Below, one piece after another: positions 31,270 to 40,466 of a stretch of 42,673 bases of DNA (positions are counted from its first letter, which is position 1; every line of letters starts with the position of its first letter). Source of the stretch: Myxococcota bacterium (GTDB lineage: Bacteria > Myxococcota_A > UBA796 > CAJQPC01); contig DASCPX010000182.1 in the NCBI GenBank assembly GCA_036012755.1, positions 1 to 42,673 of the forward strand. The letters run 5' to 3'. Made by a program: the position numbers and the translations under genes. The notes under the pieces were generated by a model. That model ran no database searches. It was not told where the DNA came from and worked only from the letters and a program-made list of their open reading frames with translations.

Positions 31270-32386
31270 GTGGTGATGCTGCTGATGACGTTGGGCTGTA
31301 CCAAGCCCCTCCCCGGTGACTCTGGGATCGATGACACCGGCTCGGGTCTCCTTCCTTTCGACGCCACCCTCGCCGGAGAGCTGCAGGCGGAGGTGGAGCT
31401 CGCGGCAGAGGACCTCGAGGGCGCTGGGCTCGTCGTCGCCGTGTCGCTGTCGGGCACGGAGCTCTGACTGGGGGCCGGGGGCGTGGCCTCCGAGGACGTC
31501 CCGATGCAGACCACGGACCACTTCCGGATCGGGAGCGTGACGAAGACCTTCACCGCCGCGACCACCCTGCAGCTGGTCGACGAGGGGCTCGTTGAGCTCG
31601 ATCAGCCAGTATCCACCTGGCTCGTCGGGCTGCACCGCGGCGACGAGATCACCCTGCGGCAGCTTCTCCAGCACACCTCTGGGCTGCCAGAGGTCGGGAC
31701 CTACAGCGAGGTCCAGGCTGGCATCGACCAGCTCTGGGAGGCCGACGAGCTGCTGGCGCTCGTGGAGGAGCTCGACGCCGAGCCCGGAGAGGTCTGGAGC
31801 TACGCGAACACCAACTACATCGCGCTGGGCCAGGTGATCGAGGCCGTGACGGGCCAGCGCTGGGACGAGGCGGTGGAGGCTCGCCTCCTCGGCCCGCTGT
31901 CGCTCGCTGCGACGACTGCTCCGGGGGGCGACGAGGGGTGGGCCGAGACCGTCCCGGGCTGGTGGGACTCGGAGGACACCCGGGAGCAGGTCCACCCATC
32001 GGTGGTCGGGGCCTCTGGCGCCATGGTGTCGGACGCCGCCGACGTCGCGGCGTGGGGGACCGAGCTCTTCTCCGGCGAGGTGCTCGGCTCGATGGGCGAG
32101 CAGCTCTTCGCCGAGCCGGTCGTCGTCGTCGAGGACGCCGTCTGGATGGGGCTGGGCGCCTTCGTCATGGACGAGGCCTACGACGGGGTCGATCCACAGA
32201 TGTGGCACAACGGCGCCATCAACGGCTACGGCATCGTGGATGGGCCACCGGCGTGGCTCGGGCACCACCGTGGTCGTGCTCGTGAACTCCTGGCCGGAGA
32301 CTTCCCCGGGAAACTACGACCTCACCCGTCCCCAGAGGGTCGCCGACGAGATCTGGGAGATCCTAGGGGAGAGTGTCGAGGAGTAG
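31270..32386 (+). pseudogene. Serine hydrolase (beta-lactamase/D-Ala-D-Ala peptidase family) lipoprotein with an in-frame TGA (31465-31467) and a +1 frameshift (about 32230)
   Basis: Lipobox 'TLG-C', SxxK 'GSVTKTF', YxN 'YANTNY', 'WHNG'. The ORFs at 31270 and 31483 share a frame. Removing one G near 32230 restores the family-like ending 'ASWMGH...TVVVLVN...' to TAG 32384-32386. Confidence 0.8.
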
Positions 32387-32410
32387 CCTCGTAGCAGCTG
32401 TCCGCCAGAC

Positions 32411-32454
32411 GCAACAAGACCGCCTCCCCGGGCCGAAGCCATGGAGAGGCGGCC
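32411..32454 (-). terminator. Intrinsic terminator-like hairpin downstream of the RRM gene
   Basis: Minus strand GGCCGCCTCTCCATGGC-TTCG-GCCCGGGGAGGCGGTC (cUUCGg tetraloop) followed by TTGTT. Confidence 0.6.
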
Positions 32455-32482
32455 TCACCGTCTATGTCGACGGATTCGGCTA

Positions 32483-32794
<312 letters not shown>

Positions 32795-32822
32795 TCTTTC
32801 TTCTCTTCAAGTGACGGTCCCG

Positions 32823-32889
32823 ACCCGAGATGGGCCACTGGACCGTATCGGTGCAGGCCAGACCGGCCTGCTGCTAGTGGCACCCGGGT
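32823..32889 (-). promoter_or_regulatory. Candidate structured 5' leader of the RRM gene
   Basis: Nested complementary segments 32823-27/32885-89 and 32834-39/32876-81 enclose two hairpins, 32842-52 and 32853-71. Confidence 0.4.
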
Positions 32890-33022
32890 GGCGCCATTCG
32901 CGTAGCTGACTCCCTCGCGGCGTCCGGTTGCCCGGTCTTCGCCCTTTGGCAGCCCGCTGCAGCGGGTATATGCGTTGCCGCGGCAAAAGGCCAGAAAACA
33001 GCCGCGCCTGGAGTCCCCCGCG

Positions 33023-34141
33023 ATGTGTACACGCCCGCCGCTGCTGTCCAGCGGCTTTCGGCCCTTCTTCCTGCTGGCGAGCACCGCTGGGGCCGTGCTG
33101 TTGGCCTCCTGGCTCGCGGCGTTGGCGGGCTGGTGGGGAGGGGACGCGGCCTGGCACGGCCACGAGCTGATCTTCGGCTTCATGGGTGCGGTGCTCGGGG
33201 GCTTCTTCCTCACCGCGGTGCCCAAGTGGACCGACCGTACGCCGGTGACGGGCCTGTCTCTGGCGGTGCTGGCCGCCGCCTGGCTCGCCGGACGGGTCGT
33301 GCTGCTGTTGGACCTGCCTGGGGCCTGGCAGGCCATCGACCTGCTCTTTCCAGTCGGCCTCACGACCATCACCGCCATCCATGTCTTCGGGGCCCGCAGC
33401 GTCCGCAACCTGCTCTTCCCCGTTCTGCTCGCTGCCTGGACCGGGCTGGATGTGCTCTGGCACCTGGACAGCTCCTTGCCGGTCCTGCGCGCTGCGGTCT
33501 TCACCCTGCTCGGGGTCGTGGTCATCTTCGGTGGCCGCATCACGCCGCTGTTCACTGCCAAGGCGCTGGGTCTGGAGCTTCGTGCACGCGACCGACGGGA
33601 CGATGTGGCGATCCTCTCGGTCCTGGTGCTGGTGCCCGCGCAGTTCGTGACCTCTCCCCGTCTGGTGGCTGGTCTCGCGGTCTTCGCCGCCCTGGCGAAC
33701 CTGTTCCGCATGTGGGGTTGGCGTTGTCCGGCCACCCTGAAGCGGCCTCTGCTCCTGGTGCTCCACCTCGGCTACGCGGGTCTGGCCCTGGGGCTGTCAC
33801 TGGAGGGGTTGTCGTTGCTGCACCCGGCGGTGCTGGCACCCTCGGCGTCCTTGCACGCGCTGACCATCGGCGCCCTGGGGCTCTTCGCGATCGGCATGAT
33901 GGCCCGGGTCACGCGAGGCCACACGGGTCAGCCGCTGCGTGCTCCCCCCACGCTGGCGGTGGCGTTTTTTCTCCTGCCGCTCGCCGCCTCGATCCGGGTC
34001 CTCGGCCCTTCGCTGTGGCCCGCATGGACACAGGCCGCCTGGCTGCTCTCCGGGGGGCTCTGGGTGCTGGCCTTCCTGCTGTTGGCCTTGGTGGACATCC
34101 CGGCGCTTTTGCGGCCGAGGGTGGACGGAAAGCCCGGCTGA
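33023..34141 (+). CDS. nnrS: NnrS-family membrane protein (NO-stress related)
   Basis: 'GFRPFFL', 'WHGHELIFGF', 'GFFLTAVPKWT', 'GGRITPLFT', 'LHLGY', 'HALTIG', 'MMARVTRGHTG'. Confidence 0.92.
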   Translation: MCTRPPLLSSGFRPFFLLASTAGAVLLASWLAALAGWWGGDAAWHGHELIFGFMGAVLGGFFLTAVPKWTDRTPVTGLSLAVLAAAWLAGRVVLLLDLPGAWQAIDLLFPVGLTTITAIHVFGARSVRNLLFPVLLAAWTGLDVLWHLDSSLPVLRAAVFTLLGVVVIFGGRITPLFTAKALGLELRARDRRDDVAILSVLVLVPAQFVTSPRLVAGLAVFAALANLFRMWGWRCPATLKRPLLLVLHLGYAGLALGLSLEGLSLLHPAVLAPSASLHALTIGALGLFAIGMMARVTRGHTGQPLRAPPTLAVAFFLLPLAASIRVLGPSLWPAWTQAAWLLSGGLWVLAFLLLALVDIPALLRPRVDGKPG

Positions 34142-34163
34142 GAGCCTGGGGCATGATCCCCCC

Positions 34164-35771
34164 ATGGATCGACCGTGGATGGCGCTGGTAGGGCCGGAGA
34201 TCGAGGAGAACCTGAGCCTGCGGTACCTCGCTGGTGCGCTGGAGCGGGAGGGGATCCGCTGCGAGCTCTTCGCCTTCAACGTCGAGTCGGACTTTCCGAG
34301 GGTCTTGGAGAGCATCATCTCCGCGCCTCGCCCGCCGCTGGCCGTCGGGCTCTCGCTGGCCTTCCAGTGGCGGGCGGCGGACTTCCTGGCCCTGGCGGTG
34401 GCTCTCAGGGAGCGAGGCTTCGAGGGCCACGTCACGGCGGGGGGACACTTCGCCACCTTTGCCTGCGAGCCGATGTTGCGGGACTTTCCGGAGCTGGACT
34501 CGGTCTGTCGACAGGAGGCGGAGGAGGTGGTCGTGTCCCTGGCGCGGGCGCTGTTGGCAGACGAACCTCTGCACGAGGTCCATGGCCTGGCGCTGCGAAC
34601 GGGGGAGGGCGTCCATCTCACCCCGCCGGCCCCTCGCCCGGAGCTGGCCTCGATCCCTCTCCCGGACCGACGGGGTGAGCCCGCCCGGGTCCTCGGCCAC
34701 GGGGTCGCGCCGCTGGTCGGCTCCAGGGGTTGCTACGCCCGCTGCTCCTACTGCTGCATCGCGGCCTGGCACGAGCAGGCCGCCCCCGGTCGCCGCTACC
34801 GCTTGCGCGATGTCGCCGAGGTCGTGGACGAGATGGTCTCCATGCGGCGCCAGCGAGGGGTGGACATCTTCGTCTTCCACGACGACAACTTCTTCTTGCC
34901 TCGCCCCACCGGCAGCCTCGAGCGCATCCACGCCCTGGCCGATGCCCTCGAGTCCCGCGGCATCGGCCCCTTCGCCAGCGCGGTGAAGGCCCGCCCACCC
35001 GACCTGGTGCCAGAGGTCCTCGACGCACTCCGGGACCGCCTCCACTGCGTGAGGACCTACGTCGGAATCGAGACCGACTCGGATCAGGGCCTGGTCACTT
35101 TGGGCCGGCGGGCCTCCTCGGCCCACAACCACGAGGCCATCGCCGGGCTGCGACAGCGCGGCATGAACGCCTGCTTCAACCTCCTGATCTTCGATCCGGA
35201 CACCTCGATGGCCGACCTGGAGCGCAACGTCAGCTTCATGGAGGCGGCGGCGGACTTCCCCTTCTGCTTCGGTCGCGTAGAGCTCTACGCGGGCACCCCC
35301 TTGCTGGCGCGCATGCTCGCCGAGGACAGAGCACGCGGCAGCTGGATGCATCACGACTACGACCTCGGCTCGGAGCCCGTGGAGCGGGTCTTCAAGCTGG
35401 CGGTGCGCTGCCTGGGGGAGCGGAACTTCGGCGTGGAGGCGCTGGTGGCTCGCCTGATGGGGGTGCGCATGGAGGTCGCCGTGGCCTCTACCTTCCACGC
35501 AGCGGACCTCGGCCCGCGCGCCGACGCGATCACTCGCCTGTTGAGCCTGGACACCGCTGGGACCCTCCGCCGGATCCTGGACCACGTCGCCACCGCCCCC
35601 GCCGAGCAGGACGCCGGCCTCGCGACGGAGCTGTTGCCCGAGCGGCGGGGGGTGGATCGACGCGTCGAGCGGGACATGGAGGCCCTCGGCGTCGAGCTCC
35701 GCGCTGCCCTCGCGAGGGAGGGGCGGACTGCGGGCTATGGTGAGGAGCCCCTCTTTGAAGGTCCGCCATGA
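34164..35771 (+). CDS. Cobalamin-binding radical SAM protein
   Basis: N-terminal B12-binding-like domain ('ENLSLRYLA', 'TAGGHFAT', 'EAE'); 'SRGCYARCSYCCI' CxxxCxxC; 'FHDDNF', 'GIET', 'YAGTP'. Confidence 0.9.
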   Translation: MDRPWMALVGPEIEENLSLRYLAGALEREGIRCELFAFNVESDFPRVLESIISAPRPPLAVGLSLAFQWRAADFLALAVALRERGFEGHVTAGGHFATFACEPMLRDFPELDSVCRQEAEEVVVSLARALLADEPLHEVHGLALRTGEGVHLTPPAPRPELASIPLPDRRGEPARVLGHGVAPLVGSRGCYARCSYCCIAAWHEQAAPGRRYRLRDVAEVVDEMVSMRRQRGVDIFVFHDDNFFLPRPTGSLERIHALADALESRGIGPFASAVKARPPDLVPEVLDALRDRLHCVRTYVGIETDSDQGLVTLGRRASSAHNHEAIAGLRQRGMNACFNLLIFDPDTSMADLERNVSFMEAAADFPFCFGRVELYAGTPLLARMLAEDRARGSWMHHDYDLGSEPVERVFKLAVRCLGERNFGVEALVARLMGVRMEVAVASTFHAADLGPRADAITRLLSLDTAGTLRRILDHVATAPAEQDAGLATELLPERRGVDRRVERDMEALGVELRAALAREGRTAGYGEEPLFEGPP

Positions 35772-36262
35772 AGGACGACAACGGCCAGAGTCCTCGAGAG
35801 CGCGTTCGGCGTCGCTTGATCCAGTTCTCGAAGCTGGCCGTGATCGCCGCCGTGCCGATCACCAACACGGCATGCGACCCCACGCCGGAACCCTGGCCCG
35901 TGGACAGCGCTTCCTGCCTCGCTCTGGACGGTGAGGGTCGCCTGAGCTCCGTGGGCGCCCGCGCCGAGTGGGTCACGGTCGAGGACACGCTGACGGCCAG
36001 GCTGGAGCTCTGGGTCGCGGACGGAGGCTCCGTGACCTTCGTCGAGGACGTGGAGGTCGAGGGAGGCACCGGGACCGTCGAGCTGGGCACGGACTCCTCG
36101 ACCCTGGCGGTCGTCGTGAGTCCGGATTCAGAGGCTCAGGAGGTCACGGTGCACTTCCAGCTGGCCTGCCAGGGGCAGGTGAGCGACCACGCCGCGACGC
36201 TGGATGTGTCCGAGCCCGTGGAGGGGGCGGAGATCCCGCTGACCCTCGCCACGGACGAGTAG
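35768..36262 (+). CDS. Putative exported protein or lipoprotein coupled to the radical SAM gene
   Basis: ATGA overlap; Arg-rich N-terminus 'RERVRRRL', hydrophobic stretch, 'NTA-CDPTPEPWP', then an acidic beta-rich domain. Confidence 0.75.
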   Translation: MKDDNGQSPRERVRRRLIQFSKLAVIAAVPITNTACDPTPEPWPVDSASCLALDGEGRLSSVGARAEWVTVEDTLTARLELWVADGGSVTFVEDVEVEGGTGTVELGTDSSTLAVVVSPDSEAQEVTVHFQLACQGQVSDHAATLDVSEPVEGAEIPLTLATDE

Positions 36263-36267
36263 GCTGA

Positions 36268-36432
36268 TCAGCCGGCGGGCGGGGCCTCGGAGACGGCGGC
36301 CTTGATCTCCTGATAGCCGTCGATCGTGCAGCCGATCGCGAGACAGAAGAAGGCGGCGAACATCACCATGAAGGGCGTCCTGTCCTCCATCCCGGCCAGC
36401 TGGACCTGCTCGACGTAGATCTTCCAGGTCAT
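36268..36432 (-). CDS. Small single-TM hypothetical protein
   Basis: GGAGG upstream of ATG 36432; 54 aa with hydrophobic 'FMVMFAAFFCLAIGC'. Confidence 0.4.
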   Translation of the reverse strand: MTWKIYVEQVQLAGMEDRTPFMVMFAAFFCLAIGCTIDGYQEIKAAVSEAPPAG

Positions 36433-36521
36433 CTCTGCCTCCAGAGGCGGCCGTAGCACCCGCGGTGTTCTGCGACCTGTCAGCGGCCACCGGCGCCACC
36501 GGCGTAGAGGCCGCGGTTGCT

Positions 36522-38021
36522 TCAACGAGCCTGCTCCAAGACGGCGTCGATCTCCCGGGCTGCGCGGCTGCCTCCTTCCATCGCACCGTGCACGGTCGCC
36601 GGGTGGTACAGGCTCGTCGCCTCGCCGCCGAAGAACACCCGGTCGTCGACGGGCTCTGCGAGGACCTCCTTCATGTTGCTGCCACCGTCGGTGGGGTAGG
36701 TGCCGGGCGCGGGGAACGAGTAGGCCCCACGCACGTAGGGCTCGGCTCCCCAGTCCTGGACGAGACCCTCCTCGAAGCGCGTGGTCGCGGGCGTGAGGTC
36801 GTCAGGTGAGGTGAACATCTCGTCGAGGTCGGTGAGTGCCCGGGCGATGGTGCCGTCGTCGCCCAGCGCCTGCATGGTCTCCGCGTGCTCCCCGTTGATG
36901 AAACAGACGAGGACGTCGTTGGTGGCCCCTTCCTTGACCAGACCTGGCGTCCAGCAGAGATCGGTGGGGCCGGCCACCGCCAGGTCGAACATGCGGTCGG
37001 TGTCCCAGAACGGCTCGCTGAACCGCAACACCACCTTCATGCTGGGGCCCATGCCGATGGTGTCGATGGCGGCGACCTTCTCGGCAGGCAGCGGCGGGTC
37101 GAACTCGATGACCTCGTCGCGCAGCACGGCCACCGACACGGTGACGAGCACCGCGTCGCCTTCGTGCCTGATGCCGTGGCTGTCGATGGCTGCAGGCCGG
37201 TCCCCGCCGTACTCGACGCGGACCACGGGACTCTCGTACACCACCGTGTCGAGGACCGGCTCGAAGTAGAGCTCCGTGAGCGTCGACAGCATGTCGCTGG
37301 TGGCGAGACCCCAGTTGCCGGTGTCCTGCCAGTTTCCCCACTCCCGCGCTGTGCTGTACATCCCCATGCGAGTGATGGACGTGCCGTACTCGCCGCCGAC
37401 GAAGATGTCGTACAGGAAGTAAGCCCGGTGGTCGGCGCCGATGCCGTGCTCGGTCTCCAGGTGCTCGGCGACCGTGACGTCGGGGCCGTCGTACTGGCTG
37501 ATGTCGCCGTACCAACGCCACAGGTCGCGAAGGTCCGGGTCGGTGGACGTCCAGTCCCACTCGTTGCCGCTGTCCATCTCGTACAGGCCGTCCTGCCCTG
37601 CCGGCTTGCCGGCCCACACCGGAGTGAGCCGCTCTGGGTCGAGCGCGTCGATCTCCCGGGTGAGGTGGCAGCCGTGGCTGCAGGTGTCACCGGCCCCCGA
37701 GCCTTGGGGCTCGCCACCGCCGACGATGTACTCCCCGCCCAGCTCGATGGTGAAGTCACCGAATCCCTCGAGAGGCAGGACACGACCTCCGTATCGATCG
37801 GTGGCTTCGATCACCGTGACGTCCCAGCCGAGGTCTACGAGCTGGCGCGCCGCGTAGAGCCCAGAGACCCCGGCGCCGACGATCACCACGTCATGCGTCG
37901 TCTCCTGAGCGGACGAGCCGGTCTCGACTGTCGGGGTGGGCTCGTCCTCGTCGCGGCAGCCGGGTGCGACCAGAAGCAGGCACGGCAGGAGCCAGGGAGC
38001 GAGGATGCGGAGCTGGGGCAT
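36522..38021 (-). CDS. Flavin monoamine oxidase-family protein, predicted lipoprotein
   Basis: Signal ending 'LVAPG-C'; 'VVIVGAGVSGL', 'GGR', 'KVVLRFSEPFW', 'RGAYS', 'FFGGEAT', 'TVHGAMEGG.RAA'. Confidence 0.9.
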   Translation of the reverse strand: MPQLRILAPWLLPCLLLVAPGCRDEDEPTPTVETGSSAQETTHDVVIVGAGVSGLYAARQLVDLGWDVTVIEATDRYGGRVLPLEGFGDFTIELGGEYIVGGGEPQGSGAGDTCSHGCHLTREIDALDPERLTPVWAGKPAGQDGLYEMDSGNEWDWTSTDPDLRDLWRWYGDISQYDGPDVTVAEHLETEHGIGADHRAYFLYDIFVGGEYGTSITRMGMYSTAREWGNWQDTGNWGLATSDMLSTLTELYFEPVLDTVVYESPVVRVEYGGDRPAAIDSHGIRHEGDAVLVTVSVAVLRDEVIEFDPPLPAEKVAAIDTIGMGPSMKVVLRFSEPFWDTDRMFDLAVAGPTDLCWTPGLVKEGATNDVLVCFINGEHAETMQALGDDGTIARALTDLDEMFTSPDDLTPATTRFEEGLVQDWGAEPYVRGAYSFPAPGTYPTDGGSNMKEVLAEPVDDRVFFGGEATSLYHPATVHGAMEGGSRAAREIDAVLEQAR

Positions 38022-38075
38022 AGCGGTCCCGAGAGGAAGGAGACGGCATTGTGGCAGCTGCCTCACCGATCCGGC

Positions 38076-40457
38076 TCAGCGCTCGCGGACGTGGCCGACC
38101 GCTGGCTCGCTCAGGCCGTCCAGGGCGGCCTCGCTGCATTCGGCTCCGTTCACGGTGTCGCAGTCCACGCGGACGCGGCCGACTCCGCCGTCGCCTCCGA
38201 CTCGCTCGACCTCCGCGTAGCCAGCGCCGCCGCTCGCATCGAGCCCGCCGGCTGGCAGCTCCAGCGTGTCGGCGACGATGTGGATGCTCCCGCCGGCCCC
38301 GCCGCCGGCGCCGTAGGTCCAGCTGCCCGCTGTCCACGCGTCCCCGTCCTCGCCGCGAGCCGACACCGCGGACGCTCCCTCTGCGAGGAGCTCGCCGGCC
38401 CAGATCAGGACGACCCCGCCCCCGGCGCCTCCAGGTCCGCCGATGCCGTAGATGTACGCCACCCCGCCGCCACCGGAGCCGAGGCCCAGGTGCTCCAGGG
38501 TGGCGTCTCCGTAGGCCTCGCCGGCCTCTGGGGCATGCGAGCTGCCGTCCCAGCTCTCGCCCGGGGTGGCTCCGCCGGCGTGCTCGCCACCACCGCCGGT
38601 GATGTTGGACCCGCCGCCCCCTTCGTTGGCCGCCCAGGCGCCGTTGAGCTGGTTGTAGGAGTCAGCGGAGCTGCCGCCTCCGATGCCCGTCCCGGACCAC
38701 GTCTCGCCTTGGTAGCCGGCGCTGTTGTCGGTGGGGCCGGTGGGCCCGCCCGCGTAGCCGCGCCCCTCCATGGACACCGCCCCGCCCTCTTCGATGCGCA
38801 GGGTCCCGGTCGCCCGAAAGGCGAGCACGCCCCCAGTCGACCCGTCCCAGGCGGTGGTGGTGAGCATGCCGCTGGGGCCGACGGTGACGTCGACGAAGGT
38901 GGGCACACGCTGGAGGGTGAGTCGGCCACCGACCGTGAGCGTGGGGGCGTCCTCCAGCGTGACGGTGTCAGCGGCGACCGTCTCCACGGTGCCGAGCTCG
39001 AAGGCGCCTGCGTCATCGGCGCCTTGGACGACCACCAGCAGCACCTCGTCGCCTGCGTCGAGGCCCGTCGCCGGTCCGGCCAGCCCCACGGACGCTCCGT
39101 CGATGTCGGTCACCGCCCACACGGGGGCCTCTGGGGTGTCTCGATCGCAGCGCTGGTTGGTGGCGAGGGTGGCCCTGCCGGTGATGTCGAGGTCATCGCC
39201 TTCCCCCAGGCAGGTCTCGGGGAGCACGGCCGCCAGCGCCGCGGGTCGTTCGGCCAACCACTGTCGGATGCAGTCGACCTGGGCGTGCAGATCGTCCTCG
39301 CTCCAGGGTGTGCGCGGGTCGGCGGCGACCCAGGGGGCCACGAGCTCCTCGACCGCGTCGATGTCCTTGCCGAGATCGGTGGTGGAGAGGTGGTCGACCA
39401 CCCCCCGCAGGGCCTCGTAGAGCTCGTCGAGGCAGTCCTCGTCGGCCTGGCAGCGGCTGGCGAGGATGCCGTGCTGGTAGTCCTCGAGCGTGTAGGCGAC
39501 CGCGCCGCAGGATGGCGCGTAGCTGGTGGATGTCCCGAACTGGCTGTTCATGGACGACGGGATGAAGCTCCAGGAGCCGGTCTCGGGCTGGTGGTAGAGG
39601 TAGAAGTTCCCGCTGTAGCCGGCGTAGTGGTCGTGGGCGCCGATGGCGATCTCGGTTGCCATGAAGCCTAGGAAGGGCGTCCAGGGGACCAGCGCCCGCA
39701 CCTCGTCGAGGCTGCCCGTGCCGGCAGCCTGGCAGAGCGTATCGAGGTCGCTGCGGCTGTCGCCGGAGCCCTGCTCGTCCACCTCGAAGCAGTCGCAGCC
39801 CGGGTCGTCCAGGTCGCAGGGCCAGCTCTCGGAGGAGGACTCGTACAGGCTGCCTGTCGTGTCGTCCCACCAATGCTCGACCATCTGGTCGTCCTTCTTC
39901 TCGACGATGGTGTAGAAGCCGTAGTCATCGCCTGCCAGGCTCAAGTGGGCCCAGCCCGTGCGAGAGGCTGGCAGGCCCTGGTCGCGGAACAGGCGGTAGG
40001 CGATCCACTCGCTGATGGCGCCAGCGTCCGGGAGCTCGGCGTGCAGGTCGAAGGCCTCCAGACCGTGGTAGCGCTGCCCCTCGATGAAGCGATCGATGTC
40101 CACCTTGAAGCTGGGCTTGCCGGTCAGTGGCTGGGACGAGGTCCAGCCCTTGACGCGGAGCCCGACCGTCAGCGTGTCGGCGCCGTCGTCGAGGGTGGCC
40201 TCGACGTAGGTGGAGCCGTCTGCGTTCAAGCTGGCCCAGGCGCTCTCGGACAACTCCAGCCCGAGCTCGTGGACGAGGTCTTCTCGGAAGACCGGGTGGA
40301 CGGTGCCCGGCACGGACTCCACCTCTGCGTCGCCTATGGAGTCGCCGGAGGCCGGAGTCGCGGGTTCCCCGAGCCCGTCCGGGGTGCAGGCGCTGACGAA
40401 CAGGACGAGCACCCATCGGTAGAAGCCAGGTACGCGTCGAGGCACCGAGCGGCGCAT
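38076..40457 (-). CDS. CotH kinase-family protein with a C-terminal glycine-rich domain, predicted lipoprotein
   Basis: Signal ending 'FVSA-C'; 'VGLRVKG', 'KPSFKVD', 'YGFYTIVE', 'GSLYE', 'GNFYLY'; C-terminal 'GSGGGG', 'GAGGG...GGSI' repeats. Confidence 0.82.
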   Translation of the reverse strand: MRRSVPRRVPGFYRWVLVLFVSACTPDGLGEPATPASGDSIGDAEVESVPGTVHPVFREDLVHELGLELSESAWASLNADGSTYVEATLDDGADTLTVGLRVKGWTSSQPLTGKPSFKVDIDRFIEGQRYHGLEAFDLHAELPDAGAISEWIAYRLFRDQGLPASRTGWAHLSLAGDDYGFYTIVEKKDDQMVEHWWDDTTGSLYESSSESWPCDLDDPGCDCFEVDEQGSGDSRSDLDTLCQAAGTGSLDEVRALVPWTPFLGFMATEIAIGAHDHYAGYSGNFYLYHQPETGSWSFIPSSMNSQFGTSTSYAPSCGAVAYTLEDYQHGILASRCQADEDCLDELYEALRGVVDHLSTTDLGKDIDAVEELVAPWVAADPRTPWSEDDLHAQVDCIRQWLAERPAALAAVLPETCLGEGDDLDITGRATLATNQRCDRDTPEAPVWAVTDIDGASVGLAGPATGLDAGDEVLLVVVQGADDAGAFELGTVETVAADTVTLEDAPTLTVGGRLTLQRVPTFVDVTVGPSGMLTTTAWDGSTGGVLAFRATGTLRIEEGGAVSMEGRGYAGGPTGPTDNSAGYQGETWSGTGIGGGSSADSYNQLNGAWAANEGGGGSNITGGGGEHAGGATPGESWDGSSHAPEAGEAYGDATLEHLGLGSGGGGVAYIYGIGGPGGAGGGVVLIWAGELLAEGASAVSARGEDGDAWTAGSWTYGAGGGAGGSIHIVADTLELPAGGLDASGGAGYAEVERVGGDGGVGRVRVDCDTVNGAECSEAALDGLSEPAVGHVRER

Positions 40458-40466
40458 GGCCGCAGA

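Noticed and set aside
31465..31467. In-frame TGA as selenocysteine or UGA=Trp recoding
   Set aside because: The position is non-catalytic and fits Trp, not Cys; TGA is the usual stop in neighbouring genes; the same gene also has a frameshift.
36885..39671. 928-aa plus-strand ORF and similar long overlapping ORFs (e.g. 5586-7850, 7811-9565, 33909-35585)
   Set aside because: Antisense or off-frame shadows of well-supported genes, expected in high-GC DNA; no motifs.
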